Part shown: piece by piece, positions 49,225 through 57,695 of the stretch | Layout: each line of letters starts with the position of its first letter | How positions within the stretch are numbered: position 1 is the first letter of the stretch | Source: Eubacteriales bacterium | GTDB taxonomy: Bacteria; Bacillota; Clostridia; Oscillospirales; CAG-382 | DNA length: 64,000 nt | Direction of reading: 5' to 3' | NCBI GenBank assembly: GCA_045593165.1 | Contig: JAZNWF010000071.1 | Coordinates: 5,987 to 69,986, forward strand | The notes under the pieces: model-generated | What the model saw: only the letters and a program-made list of their open reading frames with translations | Database searches by the model: none | Told to the model about the DNA's origin: nothing | Position numbers and translations under genes: made by a program

Positions 49225-49270
49225 AAAAAAGACCGCATTAAAGTTTTCAGCTTGAAATGTGGTCTTTTTA
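49225..49270 (-). terminator. Terminator at the end of the aromatic operon
   Basis: 11-position stem (aagaccacatt/aatgcggtctt, 1 mismatch on the minus strand) followed by TTTTTT. Confidence 0.65.
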
Positions 49271-49287
49271 TTGTTCGGATTTAATAT

Positions 49288-50316
49288 TTAAAGCTTATCT
49301 GCCAGTTCGTAGATGAGGTTTTCGGTTTTTTCCCAGCCCAAGCAGGGGTCGGTTATGGATTTACCGTAAACGTGTTCTCCGATTTTTTGAGCGCCGTCCT
49401 CAAGGTAGCTTTCAATCATAAGTCCTTTTACAAGCTTCTTAATATCGTTATTTTGCGAACGGCTTGTTACGATTTCATTAGCGATACGTATCTGTTCAAG
49501 ATAGCGCTTGCCCGAGTTATTATGGTTCGTATCAACTATTACGGACGGATTCTTAAGTCCCGAGGATGCATAAAGCTCGGAAAGCTTTAAAAGATCCTCA
49601 TAATGATAATTGGAAACGCTCTTGCCTGCAAAATCAAGGTATCCGCGAAGAATTGCGTGTGCATATGGGTTGCCCTCGCTCTTTACCTCCCATCCGCGAT
49701 AGATAAAGGTATGGCTTGCCTGAGCAGCGTGTATAGCATTCATCATTACCGACATATCTCCGCCCGTGGGGTTTTTCATACCAACGGGTACATCAAGTCC
49801 GCTTGCGGTAAGGCGGTGCTGTTGGTTTTCAACCGACCTTGCACCGATAGCAACGTACGCAAGAAGATCGGACAGATAACGATGGTTTTCGGGGTAAAGC
49901 ATTTCGTCCGCACAGGTGAAGCCGTAATCCTTGAGCGCGCTCATATGAAGCTCACGTATAGCAACGATGCCCTTATACATATCGGGCTTTTCCTCGGGAA
50001 CGGGCTGATGAAGCATTCCCTTATATCCCTCACCCGTAGTACGGGGCTTATTGGTATAGATACGGGGGATTATTAATATTTTATCGTTTACCTCGTCCTG
50101 AACCTTGCGCAAGCGCGAGATATATTCCAATACGGGCTCGCGGCTATCTGCAGAGCAAGGACCGACGACCAGTATAAACTTATCGGATTCACCCGAAAAG
50201 ATGTTACGTATCTCTTCGTCACGCTGAAGCTTTACGCTTTCCATTTCCTTTGTCACGGGGTAATCCTGCTTGACCTGCTGGGGAATGGGAAGCTTGCGGA
50301 AGAATTGCATATTCAT
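49288..50316 (-). CDS. aroF: 3-deoxy-7-phosphoheptulonate (DAHP) synthase, class I
   Basis: 342 aa. VVGPCS, KPRTT.GEGYKGM, and IVDTNHNNS-type motifs. Confidence 0.9.
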   Translation of the reverse strand: MNMQFFRKLPIPQQVKQDYPVTKEMESVKLQRDEEIRNIFSGESDKFILVVGPCSADSREPVLEYISRLRKVQDEVNDKILIIPRIYTNKPRTTGEGYKGMLHQPVPEEKPDMYKGIVAIRELHMSALKDYGFTCADEMLYPENHRYLSDLLAYVAIGARSVENQQHRLTASGLDVPVGMKNPTGGDMSVMMNAIHAAQASHTFIYRGWEVKSEGNPYAHAILRGYLDFAGKSVSNYHYEDLLKLSELYASSGLKNPSVIVDTNHNNSGKRYLEQIRIANEIVTSRSQNNDIKKLVKGLMIESYLEDGAQKIGEHVYGKSITDPCLGWEKTENLIYELADKL

Positions 50317-50339
50317 AATAAGTACCTCTTGGTAAAAAA

Positions 50340-51206
50340 TTACAATTTTTTCTTTTTATCAAATCTTTTTCGGCGTTCGGTGGAAAGGCGCATCATTTCG
50401 CGCATTCTTTCCCTATCGCCGTTCTTTATCGTATCATACAGCTCGTCGAACGACTTGCGGTAATTGTCCATTTCGGTCAACAGCGTTTCGCGGTTTGCAA
50501 GAAACAGCTCGCTCCACATCTCGTCATTAATATTTGCAATACGAGTTAAGTCACGGAACGAGTCGCCCGTATACCTTTCCAGATCGGGCTCCTCACAGGC
50601 GCACATCAGCGACACTGCAATACAGTGAGTAAGCTGTGAAAGAAATGCTATCATTTGGTCGTGCTTCTTGGGGGACAGCACCGATATTTCGCGGAAGCCG
50701 AGCGTTTCGCCCAAATCGCCGCAAAGCTCCACCGTATCAAGCGAATTTTTTTCGGTCGGAACGACGATATAGTTAGCGTTACGGAAGATGCTTTCATCGG
50801 CATACTTGACGCCAGCCGTTTCCTTACCTGCCATAGGATGAGCCGAAATAAATTCTACACCCTCGGGCAGTAACGACTGTATTTCGTAAACGATACATTC
50901 CTTTACGCCCGTTACGTCGGTGATTACCGTTTTTGGTGCGATAAGGTGGCCGTGCTGCTTTATCCAATCGACGAAAATATGAGGGTAGAGTGCAAAGACG
51001 ATTATATTTGCTTCCTTAATAAGCGTTTCGTCCACAAACGCCGAGCCCTTTGTGATGAGATTATGCTCAACAGCATAATCGATAGTCGACTGCTTACGCG
51101 TTATTGCTGTTACGTAGTAACCCTGTCTTGTAAGGCTTTGAGCATAGCTGCCGCCCAAAAGACCCAAGCCGACTATTAAAATTTTTTTGGATTTATCAAG
51201 TGTCAT
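50340..51206 (-). CDS. tyrA: Prephenate dehydrogenase
   Basis: 288 aa. Rossmann IVGLGLLGGS, then HPMAG.E and the dimerisation domain. Confidence 0.9.
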   Translation of the reverse strand: MTLDKSKKILIVGLGLLGGSYAQSLTRQGYYVTAITRKQSTIDYAVEHNLITKGSAFVDETLIKEANIIVFALYPHIFVDWIKQHGHLIAPKTVITDVTGVKECIVYEIQSLLPEGVEFISAHPMAGKETAGVKYADESIFRNANYIVVPTEKNSLDTVELCGDLGETLGFREISVLSPKKHDQMIAFLSQLTHCIAVSLMCACEEPDLERYTGDSFRDLTRIANINDEMWSELFLANRETLLTEMDNYRKSFDELYDTIKNGDRERMREMMRLSTERRKRFDKKKKL

Positions 51207-52404
51207 AAACTTCTGCTTCTACCTTTAAAGTTTTAAGTATATCGAAGAAATCGGGATAGCTTTTACTTACCGCCTCAACGCCTTCTATTTCGCCTCCGAC
51301 GAGTGTCAAAAGCACTGCAAGCGACATTACGATTCGATGGTCGTTATGTCCGCAAAGAACATCCGCGGGGTGCTTTAACGCTCCCGAGCCGACGAAAACG
51401 TCATCATCGTTCACCGTTACGGGTATACCGAGCTTCATAAGCTCTTCTTTCATAGCGTTTGCACGGTCGCTTTCCTTGATTTTAAGACGTTTTGTTCCTG
51501 TAAACTTAATATTTCCGACAGTGGCCGCTAACGCAAACAGCACAGGTGCAAGATCGGGGCAATCCGAAAGATCAAATTCCCTTTTACCCATTTTCATATC
51601 CGCGAAAATATTCTTATAAACTCGATCGCCCTGCAGGCTTTGTGCATTCAGGCCGTTTACCTTGACCTCTCCGCCCAAAAAGCCGAGCGCATCGAGAAAC
51701 GCGGCGTTTGATTGATCGCCCTCGACGGTATACGTACGGGATTTATAGCTTTGGTTGCCCGGTATTATAAATCTCGAGCCGACACGTGTTATCTTAATTC
51801 CGAAATCGGAAAGCGCGCTCATCGTCAGGTCGATATACGATGAGCTTTCGAATTTACCTGTTATTTCTATAATGCTGATACCGTCAAGCACAGGCAGTAC
51901 ATACAGCAAGCCCGTGATAAACTGGCTTGAAATATCGCCCGGTATACGATAATTTCCGCTTTTAAGTCTGCCGCATACGGTAACGTAATCTTCACCCTTT
52001 TGGAAATCAATGCCCTGCTCGCGACATATCGATTCATATACGCTTAATGGACGCTCGAAAAGGCGTTTACTGCCCTTTAACGTTATTCTTTTGCCGGAAA
52101 TAAGACACATCGGCAACAAGAAGCGAAGCGTGCTACCGCTTTCATTACAATAAAGCTCTGTGCCGTCGTGTATGTCTGACAAATCCAGCGAGCCGATATT
52201 TACCTTATCACCGCATACCTCTGCCTTTGCGCCGAGTGATTTCAAGCAATCAAGCGTAGCCGAAATATCCTTTGAAAATGCAAGATTATTAATTTCACTT
52301 CCGCAAGAAAGCGCGCCGCAGATAAGCGCGCGATGCGCCATGCTCTTTGACGGCGGCGCATTTACCTCGCCTATTGCTTTTGACGGGTTGATGATTACCT
52401 TCAT
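51196..52404 (-). CDS. aroA: 3-phosphoshikimate 1-carboxyvinyltransferase (EPSP synthase)
   Basis: 402 aa. PPSKSMAHRALI, GSTLRFL, DHRIVMSLAV. Confidence 0.93.
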   Translation of the reverse strand: MKVIINPSKAIGEVNAPPSKSMAHRALICGALSCGSEINNLAFSKDISATLDCLKSLGAKAEVCGDKVNIGSLDLSDIHDGTELYCNESGSTLRFLLPMCLISGKRITLKGSKRLFERPLSVYESICREQGIDFQKGEDYVTVCGRLKSGNYRIPGDISSQFITGLLYVLPVLDGISIIEITGKFESSSYIDLTMSALSDFGIKITRVGSRFIIPGNQSYKSRTYTVEGDQSNAAFLDALGFLGGEVKVNGLNAQSLQGDRVYKNIFADMKMGKREFDLSDCPDLAPVLFALAATVGNIKFTGTKRLKIKESDRANAMKEELMKLGIPVTVNDDDVFVGSGALKHPADVLCGHNDHRIVMSLAVLLTLVGGEIEGVEAVSKSYPDFFDILKTLKVEAEVYDT

Positions 52405-52405
52405 T

Positions 52406-52840
52406 TTATTCTCCGAGATGATCTATCAAAAGGTCGATTGCGTTCAGGTATCCGTTGAAGCCCTGACCACTTACCGTTTTTATACAGTGTTCGCGCACGT
52501 AGCTAATTTGTCGGAACGCTTCTCGCTTGGAAACATCGGAAATATGCACCTCAACGGCAGGAATACTGACAGCCTTTAACGCGTCAAGCAGTGCTACGCT
52601 CGTATGGGTATACGCGGCGGGATTTATAACTATGCCTTCGGCATCACCGAGCGCGGACTGAATCTTATCTACAAGATCGCCCTCGTGATTTGACTGATAT
52701 ATCTCCACATCAATTCCCTTTTCGGCAGCATAGCCGTTTATCATAGCGCAAAGGTCATTATACGTGCCCTTGCCGTAAACATCAGGCTCACGAATACCGA
52801 GCATATTAAGATTAGGTCCGTTTATAACAAGAATTTTCAT
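52406..52840 (-). CDS. aroQ: Type II 3-dehydroquinate dehydratase
   Basis: 144 aa. MKILVINGPNLNMLGIREP..YG, NHEG, INPAAYTHTSVAL. Confidence 0.95.
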   Translation of the reverse strand: MKILVINGPNLNMLGIREPDVYGKGTYNDLCAMINGYAAEKGIDVEIYQSNHEGDLVDKIQSALGDAEGIVINPAAYTHTSVALLDALKAVSIPAVEVHISDVSKREAFRQISYVREHCIKTVSGQGFNGYLNAIDLLIDHLGE

Positions 52841-54074
52841 TTAGCAGATCCTCCAAAATTTGCCTTGCGTTAAGCTCCGCACCGTCAACGCACACTATAC
52901 GCTTATCACACGAGTCACAATATATCGAATATCGTTCGTTATAGCGTTTTTCGAGAAGCTCGCGGTTTTTCGAAAGCGGACGATCGTCACTTGTTTTAAT
53001 ATCGTCAAGCGCACGGTCGAGAAAGTAAACCCTTCCGTTTTCTCTTAACAACTCAAGGTTTACATAATTCAATATTGTGCCGCCACCCGTTGAGATGACC
53101 GCGCCCTGCATAGCGGACACTTCCTTTACGACCGCAGATTCAATTTCCCTGAATTTGCTTTCGCCCGATTCGGTGATTATCTCATTGGGCGTTTTTCCGA
53201 TTTTTTCGGTTATAACGTCATCGGTATCGATAAGCGTTTTCCCGAGCATTTCGGCAAGATGTCTGCCGCACGCAGTCTTGCCGCTTCCGGGCATTCCTAT
53301 TAACACGATGTTTGATTTTTCGGCGTATATTTCCGAAAATATCTCGTCGATCCTTGATTTATCTACCGATTTACCAACGAATTTTTCAGCCGCGTACGCT
53401 GCCTGCGCAACAAGCATATACAATCCGCCGCACGCTTTTACTCCCATTTTCTTTGCATCGCAGACAAGCTTTGAATTTAGAGGATTATACACCACATCAA
53501 TAACGCCTTGTAATTCAGGAAACTGTCTTACGTCTACTGCAGATTCATAAATATCCGGATACATGCCCGACGGGGTGGTATTGATGATTATTTCGGCATC
53601 GTTATGCTTATTCAACGCCAAATCATAGGTAACACAACCGTCGCGCCCGCTTCTTGATACGCGGAATATTTCTGACGCGCCAAGCGTTTTCGCGGTATAA
53701 AGCGCTGTCTTTGACGTGCCGCCGCTACCCAAAACAAGAACTTTTTTATTCTTAATTTCGATTCCGTTTTTATTTATAAGAGCAGTTAAGCCCATAACGT
53801 CGGTATTATAGCCGTACAGCACTCCATCAACATTGACGATCGTATTGACAGCACCGATGCTTTTTGCGGTTTCGTCGACATGATCGATATACGGAATAAC
53901 CGCTTCTTTATAAGGAATTGTTACATTAATTGCTTTAAATTCTCGATCACGCATAAAGAAATCGAGTTCAGCTTTGCTAATTGCCTTTAATTCGTAATCG
54001 TAGCCGAAAAGCTTTTTATGTATTTCCGCGGAAAAGCTATGACCGATCCTTTCGGCGATAAGCCCGTACATCAT
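52812..54074 (-). CDS. Fused shikimate dehydrogenase / shikimate kinase
   Basis: N-terminal AroE (YGLI..SFS..HN-like, NVTIPYK, NTD..G, GSGGTSK). C-terminal AroK (IVLIGMPGSGKT, DTDD). Start chosen at the ATG overlapping the aroC stop (ATGATG). Confidence 0.88.
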   Translation of the reverse strand: MMYGLIAERIGHSFSAEIHKKLFGYDYELKAISKAELDFFMRDREFKAINVTIPYKEAVIPYIDHVDETAKSIGAVNTIVNVDGVLYGYNTDVMGLTALINKNGIEIKNKKVLVLGSGGTSKTALYTAKTLGASEIFRVSRSGRDGCVTYDLALNKHNDAEIIINTTPSGMYPDIYESAVDVRQFPELQGVIDVVYNPLNSKLVCDAKKMGVKACGGLYMLVAQAAYAAEKFVGKSVDKSRIDEIFSEIYAEKSNIVLIGMPGSGKTACGRHLAEMLGKTLIDTDDVITEKIGKTPNEIITESGESKFREIESAVVKEVSAMQGAVISTGGGTILNYVNLELLRENGRVYFLDRALDDIKTSDDRPLSKNRELLEKRYNERYSIYCDSCDKRIVCVDGAELNARQILEDLLNENSCYKRT

Positions 54075-55162
54075 AGCGCCAACCAGTCCGTTCCGTGCTT
54101 TGTTGCAAGAGCATCGGCTATTACGAGCGCAGTAACGCAATCCACTACGATCCTCGCGCGGTGAACGATGCAGGGATCATGCCTTCCCTTAGAAGCTAGG
54201 ATAGCATTTTTGAGGTTTACATAATCTATAGTATTTTGTTCCTGTGAAATCGTAGGAGTCGGACGCACTGCGCAACGGAAAATGATCGGCATCCCGTTAG
54301 TTATACCGCCATTTATTCCGCCCGAATTATTGGTAACCGTACATACAGTATTGTTTTCCGTATAGAACAAATCGTTCGCTACCGATCCGCACATATCTCC
54401 GAATGCAAAGCCCGCGCCGAATTCTAAAGCCTTAACCGCGGGAATCGAGAACAATGCGTGTGAAAGCAAGCCCTCGACCGTATCAAACCACGGCTCTCCA
54501 ACACCTGCTTCGACGCCGACAACCGCCGTTTCAAGTACGCCGCCGACGCTATCGCCGTTTGCTTTGGCATTTATTATTTTTTCCTGCATCATAACGCCCG
54601 CGTTTTCATCAAGCGTCGCAAACTGCATTTCGGACAACGCTTTAATATCGTTTATCATATCCGAAAAATCACGATCGTCGACACCGCCGATTCTTTTTAC
54701 GTGAGTGCCTATATATATTCCCTTTTTATTTAGTGCAGGGATAATTATTCCGCCTGCGGCAACCAGCGCCGCGGTAATTCTTCCGCTGAAATGTCCGCCT
54801 CCGCGGTAATCCTCATAGCCACGATATTTGATATGCGCGGTATAATCGGCGTGTGAAGGACGTGCAAGACGAGAGGTCTTTTCATAATCCTTCGAGCGCG
54901 TATCGTTATTGGGTATCGTTATACAGATCGGTGTTCCCGTTGTGTATCCGTTAAATACGCCGCTATGGATTATGAATTCATCCGCTTCGTGACGTGCGGT
55001 GGAGATGCTTCCCGAAGGACGTCTGAGCGACAAAAGCTTTTTGATATATTCCTCATCAACGGGTATACCCGAGGCAAGGCCGTCGATAACACAGCCCACC
55101 GATGCACCGTGGCTTTCACCGAAAAGAGTCAGTGATATATTGTTGCCTATCGTATTTTTCAT
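54071..55162 (-). CDS. aroC: Chorismate synthase
   Basis: 363 aa. FGESHG, RPSHAD, GGGHFSGR, RHDPC. Confidence 0.95.
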   Translation of the reverse strand: MKNTIGNNISLTLFGESHGASVGCVIDGLASGIPVDEEYIKKLLSLRRPSGSISTARHEADEFIIHSGVFNGYTTGTPICITIPNNDTRSKDYEKTSRLARPSHADYTAHIKYRGYEDYRGGGHFSGRITAALVAAGGIIIPALNKKGIYIGTHVKRIGGVDDRDFSDMINDIKALSEMQFATLDENAGVMMQEKIINAKANGDSVGGVLETAVVGVEAGVGEPWFDTVEGLLSHALFSIPAVKALEFGAGFAFGDMCGSVANDLFYTENNTVCTVTNNSGGINGGITNGMPIIFRCAVRPTPTISQEQNTIDYVNLKNAILASKGRHDPCIVHRARIVVDCVTALVIADALATKHGTDWLAL

Positions 55163-56181
55163 TATATCCCCTGCCTTATCATTGTTTCGTATTCTTCAAA
55201 CGGCATTTTACGCAGCTCGAAGCTTCCTGCCTTTTGCACGTACACAATGGTAATATCGTTACCTGTAAGCTTTTTATCGTGCTTGCAGGCATCAACAATT
55301 TTTTCCTTGTCCGCACCATTGGTTTCACACGGCAAATTATATGCCTTAAGAACAGGTACAAGCCTTGCCCTTACGCTTGTATCGCACATAGGGATCATTC
55401 CTATCGCAACACATTCGCCGTGATAATAATTTTCCATTCCGTTTGAGCTTTCTATTGCGTGAGCAAGAGTGTGACCGAAATTGAGCACGCGTCTCAAGTC
55501 GCCTTCTCTTTCATCCGCCTCCACGACGCTTTTTTTCACCAAAAGCGAACGTTCGATAACCGTGTCTATCTTTTCTAACGCCTTGCCGCTTTCGAAAAGT
55601 TCAAACAGCTCTTCATCGTGAGTAAGCGACATTTTAATTGCTTCGGCAAGGCCGTTTGATATCTGGCGCGGCGGAAGCGTTTTAAGGGTATCGGGATCAA
55701 TAATTACCGCCTTGGGAGGATAAAACGCGCCGACTATATTTTTGAGACCCATAAAGTCAACGGCGGTCTTCCCACCGACAGATGAATCGACCTGCGACAA
55801 AAGTGTGGTCGGGATATTATAAAAATCGATACCTCGCATATACGCGCTTGCGACAAAACCCGACAGGTCGCCTACCACTCCGCCGCCTACGGCTACGACG
55901 CAATCGCTTCTCGTAAATCCGTTCTCGACAAGCGTCCTCAGCAAAAGCTCGAAGCTTTCAAGCGTTTTCGAGGATTCGCCCTGCTCGATAGTTACGATCA
56001 CGGCATTCTTACACTGCGCCTTTACAGCTTCGGCGTACGAGCTCGGAACACCTGTATCGGTCACAACGAGAGCCCTTCGGTTAAGGTTCAGGTATTCCGA
56101 TACCTTATTAAGCGCACCGCGTTCAAGATATATATTGTATACGCCCGACGACGTTTTTACGGGAATGACCATATTTTTCAC
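55162..56181 (-). CDS. aroB: 3-dehydroquinate synthase
   Basis: 339 aa. GGGVVGDL.GF, VPTTLL.QVDSSVGGKT, GHT.AHAIE. Confidence 0.93.
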   Translation of the reverse strand: MKNMVIPVKTSSGVYNIYLERGALNKVSEYLNLNRRALVVTDTGVPSSYAEAVKAQCKNAVIVTIEQGESSKTLESFELLLRTLVENGFTRSDCVVAVGGGVVGDLSGFVASAYMRGIDFYNIPTTLLSQVDSSVGGKTAVDFMGLKNIVGAFYPPKAVIIDPDTLKTLPPRQISNGLAEAIKMSLTHDEELFELFESGKALEKIDTVIERSLLVKKSVVEADEREGDLRRVLNFGHTLAHAIESSNGMENYYHGECVAIGMIPMCDTSVRARLVPVLKAYNLPCETNGADKEKIVDACKHDKKLTGNDITIVYVQKAGSFELRKMPFEEYETMIRQGI

Positions 56182-56189
56182 CCAAAATT

Positions 56190-57278
56190 TCAGATTTTGA
56201 TCTCTTTTTCGTAGGTTGCGATGATTTTAACGTTATTACAGCAGCTCTGAAGCTCGGCAAGCATCGCCTTGCCCTCGAACGTACCGAGATTGCCGTCGCC
56301 CTCTGCATAGAAATAATAATCCCAGATAAGATCCTTCGTGGGACGGCTTTTTAATGCGCGCAGGTTGAATCCGTGCTCGCCGATTACCGAAACTGCTTTA
56401 CCAAGCGAGCCTGCCGCGTTTTTGACAGTGAACAGCATTATAAAATGCTTATCGGTAGCTGCGTAATCGCGATGATTTCTCGAAAATACTGCGAATCTTG
56501 TGGTGTTATTTCCGCTTTCGTTTATATGTCCCTCAAGCTTTTTGAGCCCGAACTTTATTGCCGCCTCTTCGCTCGCAATAGCGGCAGTATCGTGTCTGCC
56601 CATTTCGGCAACCGTTTTTGCGGCAACCGCTGTATTTACGGCCTCTACCGCTTCAAATCCGTGCTTTTCGATATATTTAGCGCACTGTCCGAGTGCCTGA
56701 GGATGACTTATGACAGTCTTCACCTCATCCATCGTAGTGCCCTTGACCGCGAGAAGATTCTGAATGACCTCTGCCTCATAAACACCGTTGATATAAAGGT
56801 CACCGAAGAAAGCAAGGTCTAAAACTCTGCCGACGTCGCCGTTTTGGCTGTTTTCAACGGGAAGCAACGCGCAGTCGCATTCACCCGAAGCTGCCGCATC
56901 GTAAGCGGATTTGAAATCAGGGTATCCGATACAGGTTGCGTCGGGGAAAATACGTTCAGCCGCAATATTCGCAAACGCCCCCTCGACTCCGCTGTATGCA
57001 ACACGCATACCATCTAAAAGTTTATGCTGATATTTTTTCGAAACGTCTATCGTGCTACGGAGAAAATCAACATAATACGAACGGTAATCGTCGTTTTCGA
57101 TAGCTTCGGAATTACGTGCGATTATTTGCGCTTCTCTGCCGAAATCGTCTACCGGAATTCCGTTTGCCTTTTTATAGTCCGCAACCATTTTCACAGCGTC
57201 CATACGCTGTTCGAACAAGCGTGCCATTTCCCTGTCAGTCGCGTTGATGATATTCCGCGCCTTATCAAGTTCGTTCAT
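56190..57278 (-). CDS. pheA: Bifunctional chorismate mutase / prephenate dehydratase (P-protein)
   Basis: 362 aa. N-terminal AroQ-type CM helix bundle (R..ID..D..L..L...R), a PDT domain (VAYSGVEGAF.., ISHPQAL.QC), and a C-terminal ACT domain. Confidence 0.9.
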   Translation of the reverse strand: MNELDKARNIINATDREMARLFEQRMDAVKMVADYKKANGIPVDDFGREAQIIARNSEAIENDDYRSYYVDFLRSTIDVSKKYQHKLLDGMRVAYSGVEGAFANIAAERIFPDATCIGYPDFKSAYDAAASGECDCALLPVENSQNGDVGRVLDLAFFGDLYINGVYEAEVIQNLLAVKGTTMDEVKTVISHPQALGQCAKYIEKHGFEAVEAVNTAVAAKTVAEMGRHDTAAIASEEAAIKFGLKKLEGHINESGNNTTRFAVFSRNHRDYAATDKHFIMLFTVKNAAGSLGKAVSVIGEHGFNLRALKSRPTKDLIWDYYFYAEGDGNLGTFEGKAMLAELQSCCNNVKIIATYEKEIKI

Positions 57279-57303
57279 TTTTAAAATCTCCTTCGGGTTT
57301 ATT

Positions 57304-57354
57304 AAAACAAAAAATCCGCCAACCTATATGCTAAAAAAGCATAACGGATGCGGA
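57304..57354 (-). terminator. Leader terminator (attenuator) upstream of pheA
   Basis: Minus-strand hairpin of 5+2+5 bp (TCCGC..CC..TATGC / GCATA..GG..GCGGA) followed by TTTTTTGTTTT. It ends about 25 nt before the pheA RBS. Confidence 0.6.
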
Positions 57355-57379
57355 CTGCCGTTTGTTATGAACGATAAAT

Positions 57380-57448
57380 TTAAGCGTTCAGAGCAGACGA
57401 GCAGTCCTTTTTAAAATAATAAAAATACTGATATGCAGTAAAGAACAT
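57380..57448 (-). CDS. Candidate leader peptide MFFTAYQYFYYFKKDCSSALNA (aromatic-operon attenuator)
   Basis: 22 codons translated by hand. GGAAGGAG RBS 8 nt upstream of the ATG. 4 Phe and 4 Tyr in the first 12 codons. Located between the promoter and the leader terminator. Too short to appear in the supplied ORF track. Confidence 0.6.
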   Translation of the reverse strand: MFFTAYQYFYYFKKDCSSALNA

Positions 57449-57483
57449 CTCGTATACTCCTTCCTAAAAAACTAATTGCTCAA

Positions 57484-57512
57484 ATATTAATACTTTTTTT
57501 GCAATTTGTCAA
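57484..57512 (-). promoter_or_regulatory. Consensus-like sigma-70 promoter of the aromatic operon
   Basis: Minus strand reads TTGACA, 17 nt, TAATAT, about 35 nt upstream of the leader ATG. Confidence 0.75.
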
Positions 57513-57627
57513 TAGGTTGCTTGCGTTTTTTTGATAAAATGTTATCATAATCAAGCCGTTTTTTGTTTTTTTTGCAATTTGAAACGTTCATAAGATGTAA
57601 AACATTTATTATTACTTCTTTATAATC

Positions 57628-57656
57628 TTGATTTTATGCGAATTATTTTATATAAT
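57628..57656 (+). promoter_or_regulatory. Sigma-70-type promoter for citrate synthase
   Basis: TTGATT, 17 nt, TATAAT, then an AAGGAGG RBS and the ATG at 57696. Confidence 0.7.
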
Positions 57657-57695
57657 ATAAATTAAGTTATTTTTATACAGAAGGAGGTAGCGGAA

